A program made the translations under genes and the position numbers. From assembly GCA_964619725.1 (NCBI GenBank), contig CAZUFC010000008.1:1-64000 (forward strand): a DNA stretch of 64,000 nt, read 5' to 3'. Below, one piece after another: positions 31,014 through 41,022 of the stretch. The notes below the pieces were generated by a model. That model was not told the origin of the DNA, did not search any database, and worked only from the letters and a program-made list of their open reading frames with translations. The DNA comes from an uncultured bacterium. Its GTDB lineage: Bacteria > CSSED10-310 > CAZUFC01. The stretch's first letter is position 1. Each line of letters begins with the position of its first letter.

Positions 31014-31508
31014 TTGGCCATGAGAAAGCGGACTTACATAGAAACAACGATCCCGAGCTTTTATTTCGAGATACGCTCCGAACCGGAGATGGCGGCCCGT
31101 CGCGAGTGGACACGCCGCTGGTGGGGCGATGCCGGCGCTCGTTACGAGTTGGTCACGAGCGAGGCGGTGATCGAGGAGCTTTCACTCGGCGACTTCCCCA
31201 GTCGCGAAGAGCGCTTGGGTTTCATTGAACACATACCTTTAGTACCGATCGAGTCCGCAATATCAGAGATTGTTCAAACCTATATCACGCGTCAGGTTAT
31301 GCAGCGATCTCCAGTCGGTGATGCACTGCACTTGGCTCTGGCATCGTACCATCGATGTGACTTCCTGGTCACATGGAACTGTCGCCATCTTGCGAATGCA
31401 AACAAGTTCGATCATATCAGACGAGTCAACACGATGTTGGGACTCTTCGTTCCAGCGCTTGTGACGCCGTTAGAGTTACTAGGAGACGACCATGAAGAAA
31501 GAGGATGA
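31014..31508 (+). CDS. PIN-domain (VapC-like) toxin
   Basis: YIETTIPSFY, SEAVIEE, DALHLALA and LVTWNCRHLAN. Confidence 0.88.
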   Translation: MAMRKRTYIETTIPSFYFEIRSEPEMAARREWTRRWWGDAGARYELVTSEAVIEELSLGDFPSREERLGFIEHIPLVPIESAISEIVQTYITRQVMQRSPVGDALHLALASYHRCDFLVTWNCRHLANANKFDHIRRVNTMLGLFVPALVTPLELLGDDHEERG

Positions 31509-31683
31509 AGGCATCCGAGCCGTGCGCGATGTGCGTAAGGCAATCTCGGAAAAGTTTAATAATGATCCGGAAAGGCTTATCAAGCACTACATCGCGATCC
31601 AGGAACACCATCGCGATCGCCTGCTCCGGCCGGTTGCCGCCCAACAAGGCAATGCACCTGCCGACGCTTCGCGCCGCAAGTGA
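31492..31683 (+). CDS. Small putative antitoxin partner
   Basis: Overlaps the PIN gene; DEGIRAVRDVRKAISEKFNND.ERL pattern is typical of small PIN-associated proteins. Confidence 0.65.
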   Translation: MKKEDEGIRAVRDVRKAISEKFNNDPERLIKHYIAIQEHHRDRLLRPVAAQQGNAPADASRRK

Positions 31684-31700
31684 TTGCCAAGACGTTGGCA
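31639..31700 (+). mobile_element. Integron attC recombination site
   Basis: R'' gcccaac, L'' caatGcacctg (extrahelical G), central loop, L' caagtgattg and R' gttggca; 62 bp at the 3' end of the TA pair. Confidence 0.7.
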
Positions 31701-32004
31701 CGGACGACAAATAATTTTTTAGGCTCATCCCTCAAATACGACAGCGACGTTTGTCACCGACAGAGACATTTCCGACGAACCCTTTTTTCGCGTGAATTCG
31801 TGAAGTTTCGCATGTAGCCGAAGAACGAAATGAAGCCATACTGCATCGGCAAGTGATTGAAGCGTTTTCTGGGAAATTTTGTCCGCTGAATTACGCGAAC
31901 CTGCGCGAAAAGAGAAGAGAATGGAAGAGAAGATTGAAGAGATCAGCGGATTAAATATTTACGTAAAGAGTTTTTTTTTGCGGATCAGTTTTGTTTATTG
32001 CCCT

Positions 32005-32504
32005 TCAAAAATCATCGAACAGAAAATCCCGGTAATTTTCGACAAAGAACCTCTTGCCTTTCCGGGATACCTGTAAGCCCTCATTTTCCAGTAATTTTCC
32101 ATGCGCTTCCGCTCCGCCCGGATATTTTTCATTCAGAAAACCGTCCGATTTCAGCGTCCTCCAGTAAGGTACATTCATATCACTGTTTTCCTGCTTCGCT
32201 TCTTCAACCGCGTTGGCTGCAGTCATGATGAATATTCCAGTGGTCAGTGTGCAGCATCCCTTCACATTATGGTTACGAGCTATGCTTTTACATATTTCTG
32301 CTATAGTCGTAACGCGACCCTCCGGAACTTTCTGCATTAATGGTACTATTTCACTTGGATTCACCAGGATAATTTGATCGCCTGTTTCAGCGCCCATTTT
32401 ATGAACGGCATTGTAAAAGGGGAAGTTTTTTCCAACTGCAGTATTTTCGGGAAGTTATCTTTATCGGCGAGTTTCTCTCGCCAGGTTTTCTTTTTATAAC
32501 CCAT
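32005..32504 (-). pseudogene. MGMT/ATL-like DNA-binding protein with a single-base frameshift
   Basis: N-terminus MGYKKKTWREKL starts at 32504. The frame shifts in the T6 run at 32426-32431 and continues as ORF 32005-32397 (VPEGRVTT, PYWRTLK, EKYPGG). Confidence 0.7.
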
Positions 32505-32511
32505 CTTTCGA

Positions 32512-34353
32512 TCAGGACGGTACTGGCTCAGGGGCCGATTCTCTGACGTATTGGGCGTCGCCGTATTCTTTGTACGGTTCGGCCTTGTCGGGGTTTCTCT
32601 TTGCTATGAGGTAATCGTTGAGCGCAAGGTATGTCAAGCCTGAATGCGTCAGGACGTGAAAGGCTTCTTCAGGCAGGTTGACCATAGCGTCGCCGTGCAG
32701 ATTAAGCGATGTGTTCAGGACAGCTCCTATTCCCGTTTTTTCCTCGAACTTTTCAATGATGTCGTAATAGTCCGGATTGTATTCCCGTTCCAGAATCTGA
32801 GGTCGCATACTGAAGTCGGACTGATGAATGGCTGCCTGGATTTGTTCACGGTTGTCCGGTACTGTCGGAAAGGCTATGACCATGTAATGTCCCTTGATGT
32901 TCTTGGGATTGATCAGATACCGATGCGCGTATTTATCCAGAACAGTCCCTGCAAAGGGCATCCAGAAATCACGGCATTTTATCATGAAATTGAGCCTCTG
33001 AACGTTATGAAAATCGGACGGATTGGCCAGGATGCTCCTGTTGCCGAGGGCTCGCGGTCCATACTCCATTCTTCCTGAGCAGCGCGCTACCATCTCATTT
33101 TGCGCCAGGAGATTCGCTATCTCCTCGTTTATATTTTCCGGTTTCGTTACTATGAACGCATCTTTGTCCATATTTTCCACGAACCGTTCCACATGTTCGT
33201 CAATCGGTTCACCGAAATACATCGTGTTGAGAGGTTCGAAAGAATAGGATTCGCCTCTGTCCTTCTTCATATCGACGTATCCCAGGATGGCGGCGCCGAC
33301 CGATATGGAATCGTCGCCTGCAGCCGGAAAGATGAAAAAATCTTCAACTTCGTCCAGCTCGGTTATCCTGTTGTTGGCTTTTACATTCAGAAAACTTCCG
33401 CCCGAACCCGCAATTTTACGCGGCCCGAAATACCTGATGTTGTTCCGTATCCACTCGGTCATAATTTCTTCAAGTAAAGTCTGCAATGCGTAACAGAAAT
33501 AATCGAAACGCGTGTTCTTGAATTCCCTGTTAAGATGATCCACCAGGGCATCCCCCGCGTATCCGCACCTGTTTTTAAAGCGCAAACCTTCTACCGTCCA
33601 TAACTTGCGGAGCTTTTCCAGGACCGGTTTGGACTTGGCTTTGTCTCCCCAGGGAGCCATTCCCATTACTTTATATTCATCCTGCCACGGCGACATCCCT
33701 AAAAACTTGGTGGCCCTGGCGTAAAGTCCACCTATCGAATGAATGGAAGGAATCAGTATTTTCCGCTCGAACTCATCCCCCTGGCCGACCGATACGCTGG
33801 CGCAAATGCCGTCTCCGTTGCCGTCGCACGTGAAAATCAATACCGGCTCGTCTTTCCACGGATTCAGATAATGACCCGTGGCCGTATGACACGTGTGATG
33901 ATCGTAATACTTGATCTTTTCTTTGCCTATTCCCATCGATTCAAAAAATGGGAGGTAATTCCTGAAAAAATGGGACTTTCTGTAGCGGCTCAGTAAAAAG
34001 ACGTACGAATTCCTCAGGAAATCGGATTCGTTCAAAGATATCGGCAGCAGGCGTGAGGCTGTCGATACCGCTCGCGTCGTGAAGCGATATTCATTTTTCT
34101 GAGCTTTATTGGAGTCGAAAATTTCGCATCTGGTCCCTACTGCGACCAGATCGATATCTTTTCCCTCCACTCCGCCGATCTCCATCACTTTTTTTATGCT
34201 TTGTTCCGGAAAATCGGCGCTGTATTTTATTCTGTTCAGACGCTCTTCGCCGATTAATGCGACGATGCGCCCGTCACGGATCAGGCAGGCCGACGAATAA
34301 TGACTCATATTTATACCAAGGACTGTCGTCATAGATTTACTCCTGTTCTTCAT
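32512..34353 (-). CDS. Carbamoyltransferase, NodU/CmcH family
   Basis: EERLNRIK, HHTCH, DGNGD, EYKVMGMA, EYGPRALGNRSILANP and LNTSLNLHG. Confidence 0.93.
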   Translation of the reverse strand: MKNRSKSMTTVLGINMSHYSSACLIRDGRIVALIGEERLNRIKYSADFPEQSIKKVMEIGGVEGKDIDLVAVGTRCEIFDSNKAQKNEYRFTTRAVSTASRLLPISLNESDFLRNSYVFLLSRYRKSHFFRNYLPFFESMGIGKEKIKYYDHHTCHTATGHYLNPWKDEPVLIFTCDGNGDGICASVSVGQGDEFERKILIPSIHSIGGLYARATKFLGMSPWQDEYKVMGMAPWGDKAKSKPVLEKLRKLWTVEGLRFKNRCGYAGDALVDHLNREFKNTRFDYFCYALQTLLEEIMTEWIRNNIRYFGPRKIAGSGGSFLNVKANNRITELDEVEDFFIFPAAGDDSISVGAAILGYVDMKKDRGESYSFEPLNTMYFGEPIDEHVERFVENMDKDAFIVTKPENINEEIANLLAQNEMVARCSGRMEYGPRALGNRSILANPSDFHNVQRLNFMIKCRDFWMPFAGTVLDKYAHRYLINPKNIKGHYMVIAFPTVPDNREQIQAAIHQSDFSMRPQILEREYNPDYYDIIEKFEEKTGIGAVLNTSLNLHGDAMVNLPEEAFHVLTHSGLTYLALNDYLIAKRNPDKAEPYKEYGDAQYVRESAPEPVPS

Positions 34354-34565
34354 CTTCGACCTTGAAGGCCGTCATCTCTTTTTACCATATTCTGAATCGA
34401 AATCAAATAATATTAATGCCGGCGGAAAAGAAACAACCGGCAATTCAATGTTCCGGTCACCGAACAATCCATTGATTTTCCATTTATTTATTGAAATATA
34501 ATCAAATAATAAAGCTTCAGGTGAAGCGTTCAATAAATGGAATACGTCATGACGAGGCCGTAAAG

Positions 34566-35021
34566 TTAAAGAACCGGGGTCGGCAAATTGCGGATATATT
34601 CCGCATAACGAACCAGCTTGTATAAACCTTCGGTCGTCCGGCAATCCCTGATCTTGTCGAAAGGAACCCATTCGGCTTTTTCCGCATCGGAACCTGCCGA
34701 AACCTTACCGCTTAGATATTCAGCCATAAAGTCCACTATCACGTAATGAAAAACTATTTCATTTTTTTCGTTGCGGACTATTCTGTCGACGGCCGTAAGA
34801 AAGCGCGGCGTTTCAACCCTTATATTGCATTCTTCCATGAGCTCCCGATGCACCGCATCCTCCATCTTTTCCCCCAAAAGGACAACTCCGCCCGGAACGC
34901 TCCATAATCCTTTGGCCGGTTCCCGCGCTCGCTTGACAAGAAGCGCCCGATCTTCCTTGTAAACCAGAACTCCGACAGCCAATCGCGGCGCCGCTGGAAA
35001 TTTCCGATGATCGGGAGACAT
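34566..35021 (-). CDS. NUDIX hydrolase
   Basis: Nudix box GGVVLLGEKMEDAVHRELMEECNI. Confidence 0.9.
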   Translation of the reverse strand: MSPDHRKFPAAPRLAVGVLVYKEDRALLVKRAREPAKGLWSVPGGVVLLGEKMEDAVHRELMEECNIRVETPRFLTAVDRIVRNEKNEIVFHYVIVDFMAEYLSGKVSAGSDAEKAEWVPFDKIRDCRTTEGLYKLVRYAEYIRNLPTPVL

Positions 35022-35026
35022 GACGC

Positions 35027-35539
35027 TTAAAACATGTCTTCAAAAACTACAATACTTGATATCCTGGCGTTCTCTTTGATCCGAATCCCCTGGCGGCCCA
35101 CATGCATAGGCACCAGCAACCGGTTGAAATCCTCAAATACATAGAAAGACGAATGGGAAGCGCCCAGCGCCCTCAATCGTTCATGCGGCTGAACGAAAAC
35201 CGCGATATTCTTCTGTCCGACGTATTTTTCATTGTATTCGAACAAATATGTTCCTTCCCCCAGGTCCCACCAGCCGTACTTCTCTCCTTGAGTCCGTTTC
35301 ATGGCCCGGAGTATATCTTTTCTGGCAGAATGCCACTCTGTTCCGCCGAAATCCAGAGCGCCGCTTTCAGAGAGCTGGAACAACTTTTTAATCGTTATAT
35401 CCAGTCCCCACTCATGGACCTGCTTTTTGGCGTAAATCAAATTATCGAACATCGTAGCTAATTCTGCTCCCTTCAGAAGCTTTGCACTCATCGTTATCCT
35501 CCTTGATTCGACCGTTAGCCCATCATAAATCAAATGCAT
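35027..35539 (-). CDS. dCTP deaminase/dUTPase-fold protein
   Basis: GLDIT, LDFGG.E, WWDL..GTY...YNE and IKENARIS. Confidence 0.7.
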   Translation of the reverse strand: MHLIYDGLTVESRRITMSAKLLKGAELATMFDNLIYAKKQVHEWGLDITIKKLFQLSESGALDFGGTEWHSARKDILRAMKRTQGEKYGWWDLGEGTYLFEYNEKYVGQKNIAVFVQPHERLRALGASHSSFYVFEDFNRLLVPMHVGRQGIRIKENARISSIVVFEDMF

Positions 35540-35630
35540 CCCAAATGCAACAAGTTTTATTTCCGTCCGGCGCCTGTCGTCGGAATTATTCAGCGATAAG
35601 AATCCGGTTTTGATCAGACGCTATAAGTAA

Positions 35631-36656
35631 TTATACAAAAAAGCGCATTATATTTCTATTATCCCTTTTTCGCGTACTGAGAATTTTTTTGCGTTCTTTA
35701 AGAGTTCGGGGAAGCCGAGTTATGATGTCCTTTACGGCTTTAATCAGGTGCCTTTCTTTCAACAGGACATAGGCCGCCATTCTGATCTCAAACCATAAGA
35801 AGGGTCCCAGGTCAGGCAGGAGAGCTTTCAAAGTATCATTTCTCAATAGTATAACGTAGCGGTTTCGATAAGAGAGGTATTTGAAAAACCGCGATTGTTT
35901 TTTCCGTGTTTTCGGTGAAAAACCTCTAACGTGATAGCCTCTGGCAGTGGGAACATAAAGAGCCTTCCAGCCCCGCCCCGCAGCCCGCCAGGATACGTCG
36001 ACCACCTCGCGGTATATCAGGAAATCCGAAACGAAAACTTCACCGTCGTGGGATGAGGAAATATCATCGAGCATTTTTTTTCGATAGAGGGGAGCCGAGC
36101 CGTCTGCACCGAAAATTAATTCGGGAAAGTCATATTGTCCGATATCCGGCTCCTCCTGGCCGCGATCGAAATTTCTGCGGCTGCGAATCACAAGAATGCC
36201 TGTGGTGTCGATATACTCCTCGTCCGGGATAAAACCGGGAGGATCGCCGGCCTGCAGCAGCTTTCCCTGGGCCTGTCCGGCAGAGGGATCGTTTTCCAGG
36301 CTGCGGACCAGTTCCGAGATGAACGAAGGGGTCAAAAAAACATCGGAATTCATCGGCAGGATATAATCCCCACGGGACTGCTCTATGCCGATATTATGAC
36401 TTTTACAGTAATAATAGTTGGTGGGATTCTCGATGAGTTTTACTTCGGGAAAGCGGCTCCTGACGTATTCTGCAGAGCCGTCATGAGAATTATTGTCGAT
36501 CACCGTTATTTCAATATTAGGATAGATTTGCTCCTTCAGATGCTTCAGGCAGATTTTCAAATGCTCCTTTTCGTTCGTGCAAAGAACGTTGACGGATACC
36601 AGGGGATATTGGCGGCGATTGTCTGTCATCGAAGGGCTTTGTCTGCTGCTTTCCAT
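35631..36656 (-). CDS. Family 2 glycosyltransferase
   Basis: VIDNNSHDGS, HNIG...SRGDY...NSD and YREVVD. Confidence 0.88.
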   Translation of the reverse strand: MESSRQSPSMTDNRRQYPLVSVNVLCTNEKEHLKICLKHLKEQIYPNIEITVIDNNSHDGSAEYVRSRFPEVKLIENPTNYYYCKSHNIGIEQSRGDYILPMNSDVFLTPSFISELVRSLENDPSAGQAQGKLLQAGDPPGFIPDEEYIDTTGILVIRSRRNFDRGQEEPDIGQYDFPELIFGADGSAPLYRKKMLDDISSSHDGEVFVSDFLIYREVVDVSWRAAGRGWKALYVPTARGYHVRGFSPKTRKKQSRFFKYLSYRNRYVILLRNDTLKALLPDLGPFLWFEIRMAAYVLLKERHLIKAVKDIITRLPRTLKERKKILSTRKRDNRNIMRFFV

Positions 36657-36659
36657 TTT

Positions 36660-37559
36660 TTATCCTGATTTTTCCGGAGTTTGGAATTCACTGCCTTCAT
36701 CGAATGTTGGTGAAACCTGCCTGGCGATGAAACTGAGGAACCTGCCGGATTTTCTTCCTTCTTTGGAAGCGGAGAAGAAGAGTTCATTCCTGCAGGCTGT
36801 GCAGATACCCGCATCGAAAATATGGTTTTCCAGGATGCCGAATTCGTGCAGATCATTCAGCAATTTACCTTTAATATCCACGGAATAATGAGAAGCAGAA
36901 ATCTTTTTAATCCAGGGCATCCATTTCGGGTCCTCTTTTTGAACGGGATGCGACATGGTATAGCATTCGGGACCGATACAGGGACCGATGCCGACCAGGA
37001 AATCTCTGGGACGCATTTTCGCCTTCTTTTGCATACGCTCCAGGGTTTTAATCGTGATGTTATTGGCGACGCCGCGCCATCCGGCATGAACGAGGCCGCA
37101 CAGGCGTGACTGAGGTTCAAAAATAAAAACGGGGATGCAGTCAGCGGTGCTGACGAGCATGACGACCGGGCTTTCAGATGCGATAAGGGCATCTGTTTCT
37201 GTGATGACTCTGAGGTTCACGGAGCGTTCGTCGTAGATATCGTCAATGTCGAGTATATTATCCCTGTGATCGGGAGAGAGAAGGAATTTGGGTATGTCAT
37301 TCCAGTTCATCAAACGGAAGATTTTTCGGCGGTTTTCGTCCGTATGAGGGTCTTCAGTGCGCCAGGCCGCGTTCAGTGATTCGTAGGGCGGCCGGCTGTT
37401 TCCTCCTGCCCTGGTGAAGAAGCCGTATTTGAGGTCCGGGATGTCCAGGTTTTTCCAGCAGAACCAGGTTAAATCTCCGTTTTTTCGTTTCAGCAGGTTC
37501 ACGATGCTTTTTCTTTCGTGTGAGATTTCCGGGCTGATATGATTAACGATGTTTTCCAA
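36660..37559 (-). CDS. pgeF: Peptidoglycan editing factor / YfiH-family purine nucleoside phosphorylase
   Basis: FFTRAGG.S..PYESLN, TADCIPV, VHAGWRG, IGPCIGPECY and CTAC...FFS. Confidence 0.88.
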   Translation of the reverse strand: MENIVNHISPEISHERKSIVNLLKRKNGDLTWFCWKNLDIPDLKYGFFTRAGGNSRPPYESLNAAWRTEDPHTDENRRKIFRLMNWNDIPKFLLSPDHRDNILDIDDIYDERSVNLRVITETDALIASESPVVMLVSTADCIPVFIFEPQSRLCGLVHAGWRGVANNITIKTLERMQKKAKMRPRDFLVGIGPCIGPECYTMSHPVQKEDPKWMPWIKKISASHYSVDIKGKLLNDLHEFGILENHIFDAGICTACRNELFFSASKEGRKSGRFLSFIARQVSPTFDEGSEFQTPEKSG

Positions 37560-38320
37560 TGATTCAGAAACAGGACTTCCAGAAACCCCCAGAAAAGACC
37601 TTCCAGAAGATCGACGGGATTACGGAAAGACATGGGGCGTCGTGGAGGATTAAAGTATCTTCTTATGCGGGTAAAGCCTGCTTTTTTCAGTTGGGAGCGG
37701 AGGAACCACCAGGAGAATCCCTGTTCGGTAACGTCGAATTTTTCAGCAATTTCACGGCTTTCGCGGGAAAAGCGGTGGAGCAGATTAGGTTCGTTCAGCA
37801 GGATTGAGCCGCCAGGCTTGAGGGCATCCCGGCAATGTTTGAACGCCAGGTCGGTCCTTTCAATGTGATGCAGGCTGTCATAAAAAAACACATGATCGAA
37901 TTGTTCCTGCATGTTTTCCGGCAGCGTTTCCTCGATATCCAGGCAGAGAAATTCGGCTTCAACGCCTTCATTTTGGGCTTTTTTTGAAGCTATTTCCACC
38001 ATTTTGCCGGAAAGATCGACGCCGGTCACGCTGGCTCCCATGCGCGCCAGGAAAAGCGACGTCCATCCCGGTCCCATGCCCACGTCCAGGACGCGGGAAC
38101 CGGGCCGGGGATGCATGATTCTGAGCAGCCAGCCGAAGCGTGTTATTTCCTTTCCGCTTATCACGGGCGTATTGCCGAAAGGTTTGGAATACAACCACTC
38201 CAGCGAAGGTTGTTTCGACGGATAATCGATCTCGCCCTGTTTGCTCATGAAACTCCGTGATTTATTGAAAAAGTTAATGGAAATCGTTATTTTACGCCGG
38301 CAAAAACGGACTATAATCAA
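37499..38320 (-). CDS. Class I SAM-dependent methyltransferase
   Basis: VLDVGMGPG, GVDLS, SLHH and LKPGG; the likely start is about 38248. Confidence 0.88.
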   Translation of the reverse strand: MIIVRFCRRKITISINFFNKSRSFMSKQGEIDYPSKQPSLEWLYSKPFGNTPVISGKEITRFGWLLRIMHPRPGSRVLDVGMGPGWTSLFLARMGASVTGVDLSGKMVEIASKKAQNEGVEAEFLCLDIEETLPENMQEQFDHVFFYDSLHHIERTDLAFKHCRDALKPGGSILLNEPNLLHRFSRESREIAEKFDVTEQGFSWWFLRSQLKKAGFTRIRRYFNPPRRPMSFRNPVDLLEGLFWGFLEVLFLNHWKTSLIISARKSHTKEKAS

Positions 38321-38337
38321 TCATATGAATGCTATGA

Positions 38338-38375
38338 AAGCCCCCCCTGAATCCCCCCGCAAGCAGGGGGACTTC
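38338..38375. repeat. REP-like GC-rich palindrome
   Basis: cccccctgaatccccccgcaagcagggggac hairpin in an intergenic region. Confidence 0.5.
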
Positions 38376-38521
38376 AACTGTGAACCGTCGTCCAGGGTAA
38401 TGATTGCGTTTGCAGTTCATTTTTTTGAATTTGATTCTTTCTAATCTCAACCGTCTTTTGATTCCAGGAATTTTAATGTCAGTTGTCTGTTGTTGTGAAG
38501 CATCGACAAATAACTCTGATT

Positions 38522-39916
38522 TTACTGGAACGAGAAGGAATAAGTATCCAGGCTGACGAAGCAGTAAGAAACGGGTCTGGCCAGACCCGCGTAGAATCCG
38601 ACTTCACCGCAGCCGGCGCCTTCGGGCCAGACGAATTCCAGGATAGTTTCCGTTTCTTCAAAGCCGCCGCACAGCCATCTTCGCTCGCAATCAAGCATTT
38701 TCCCCCACGAAGGATAAAAGAAATACTCGCCGTAAGCATCCAGAACGATGTAAAGGTTCAGGTAAAGAGGACTCAGGGGATTCTCAAGACGAATAAGGAG
38801 CTCAAAATCGTCGCCGGCCCTGTATACGTATTTGTTGGAATAGATCAGTACGGATTGACGGTAAACAGGCGTCGGCGTTGGCGAAAATTGCGGAGGGCAT
38901 GTCGGAGTCGGCGAACAGCCTCCCCGCGGCGTCACCGTCGGCCTGGCCCCGGCCGTTTCGGCCAGCCACTCCGAAACGTTCATGAAAAAAATGTCATTGG
39001 TGTTGCGGGTGTTCGCCCAGGTGCTCCGTAAACTGTCGGAGGGATTCCCGGTTCCGTCGGAACAGGGCGAACTGTCGATAAAAGCAGCCACTCGTCCCGC
39101 TCCGTATTCGCTTACCGCCGCTGCTACGCATGAGTCGCCCTGAGGTTTTCCGTTCATCCACATGAATGCGGATACGGAAGAATTCATGCTTTTATTGATC
39201 GTAAGAGTCGTACCGTTGAAAATGCCGACGGATTCGACATCGCCCCACAGTCCATGAAGAATGGGATGATCTGGGTCGTCGCTGAAATTATCGCATTCCT
39301 CATTCGTGACGTCATTGTTCGACTCTTCCTCGCCCATGAACCTGAATCCGAAATGCTGCTCCGCTCCGAATTCATTCCAAACCACAACGGAATCCGCTCC
39401 GTTATTATTACGGTCCGATCCGGCATGATTGGAAATCATGAACAGAGACCCGCCGTTTTGCAGAAATTCCAGCGCCGCTTGAACCTGGCCTGCAGTAAAT
39501 TTAATCTGAGGTTCACACACTACAAAAACGTCATAGAATCCCAGGTCCTGCGGATTAGTAGAGTCGCCGTAGGTTATCGAACACCCAAGCGGCAACGTTT
39601 CCACGCGATGCCCGGCCCCGGCCAGTGCGACCCCCCAGGCGGACAGCGCTCCCGTCCAGAATTCCTCATGCGTACAAGGTGTCGCCAGGCAACCTGGAGG
39701 ACTGGGATACCGTTCAGGTCTGTCGGGCATATCAGTATCCACAACCCAGTCAGCATCCCCCGCAGTTTCACGTTTGGATGCATCGAATAAAAACGATGCG
39801 CCGAAAACCCCTGACGCATTCATCAAGAAAATAACCAATAAACAAATCAGAAAATGTCTGATAAAAGTTTCCTTCATGAAAGTCTCCTTGAATTTATTTT
39901 TCATCTGTAACTCCAA
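38522..39916 (-). CDS. Secreted protein: GATase-like domain, Pro/Thr linker and C-terminal beta domain
   Basis: Signal peptide; YDVFVVCEP...FLQNGGSL; TPTPTP linker; C-terminal LYIVLDAYGEYFFYPSW domain. Confidence 0.65.
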   Translation of the reverse strand: MELQMKNKFKETFMKETFIRHFLICLLVIFLMNASGVFGASFLFDASKRETAGDADWVVDTDMPDRPERYPSPPGCLATPCTHEEFWTGALSAWGVALAGAGHRVETLPLGCSITYGDSTNPQDLGFYDVFVVCEPQIKFTAGQVQAALEFLQNGGSLFMISNHAGSDRNNNGADSVVVWNEFGAEQHFGFRFMGEEESNNDVTNEECDNFSDDPDHPILHGLWGDVESVGIFNGTTLTINKSMNSSVSAFMWMNGKPQGDSCVAAAVSEYGAGRVAAFIDSSPCSDGTGNPSDSLRSTWANTRNTNDIFFMNVSEWLAETAGARPTVTPRGGCSPTPTCPPQFSPTPTPVYRQSVLIYSNKYVYRAGDDFELLIRLENPLSPLYLNLYIVLDAYGEYFFYPSWGKMLDCERRWLCGGFEETETILEFVWPEGAGCGEVGFYAGLARPVSYCFVSLDTYSFSFQ

Positions 39917-40455
39917 CGCGCCGCAAAGGCGAATCCAATTTATCGAATCACGAGTCCCTTGTAAACTTAAAACAAAATTCTGAATAGTTTGATGAAGGAA
40001 ACCCGGGAATGAATCAAACGATTTTAATAAAGAAAAGTCCGCCCGCCTGCGGAATAAGAATCAGGAGAAGCGTTATTTCATATTTATGAATATGCAAGCA
40101 GCAAAATCGTTCGGAATACCGAGCGAAATTACTGTTAAATGCAATTTCGCCTGAATGAGAATAATGTATAAATTCAGAGATCGTTAAAAAGTGGTGAAAA
40201 AACAGTGGATTTTTTGGACGTTGGGTCATTTTATTAAACCTATTAAAATCATATAGTTAGACCAAAAAGAGATGATCAGACAATTCGCCGGCATTGACTA
40301 TCGTATTGAATTTAAATAGTTTTAAAATGTTTGTTTTTGCTCGGTTGTCCAATTTTAGAGATGCTGCTCAACTAATTGTATTTAAATGACTTTAAATTTT
40401 GACTTAACGAAGACTGAAATTCGACAACGAAAAAATATTTAAAGTTTTTTCGACA

Positions 40456-40734
40456 ATGATCAATAATGCGTCTTTGGGGATTAAAATTCTTTAGAATATC
40501 CCATCATTCAGAACCCGATCCCGATCCTGATTATCGATCCCGATTACCGAAACAAACCGTAAAACGTTTTGAAAGAAGTGCAGCCCCGGCATGGCCAGTC
40601 CCAAAATTCCGTTTCTTTTCAAAGACGGTTATTCTTCAGATGCCGGTTTTTACTTGTAAAAATGATTTTACGTACCAGCCGTCCCTTACGTCCCTTAGGT
40701 CCCTTAGGTCCCTTGGTCCCTTAGTCCCTTAGTC
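40456..40734 (+). repeat. Full copy of the composite dispersed repeat (unique 5' block, cgatcc hexamers, conserved core, gtccctta tandem tract)
   Basis: Reverse-complement match to 42338-42610 and 49447-49720. Confidence 0.85.
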
Positions 40735-41022
40735 ATTTATAATTTAATAAACAAAACCCGCCCTCGAATTCAATCAAGAAGTAATCGCCGCTCCGCTGAG
40801 CACGAAAGTTATTTTTGAGTATCGAGATCACAATTTGTAACCCCTCTTTTATCAGAGTCCCATTTTTAAAAGGACAAAAGGAAAAAGGGACAAAAAAAAC
40901 AACAGAACACATTTTGTATGCTTCTAAAAAGAGGATTTGAATCAATACCCGCAAGATATATCCTGCGATCCGCATTCTTGACCGCAACCGGCAGGAAGGC
41001 ATAGACTGAAAAAAGAGATTTC

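Noticed and set aside
39920-40455. AT-rich intergenic region as a replication origin
   Set aside because: No clustered DnaA boxes seen and no dnaA/gidA context.
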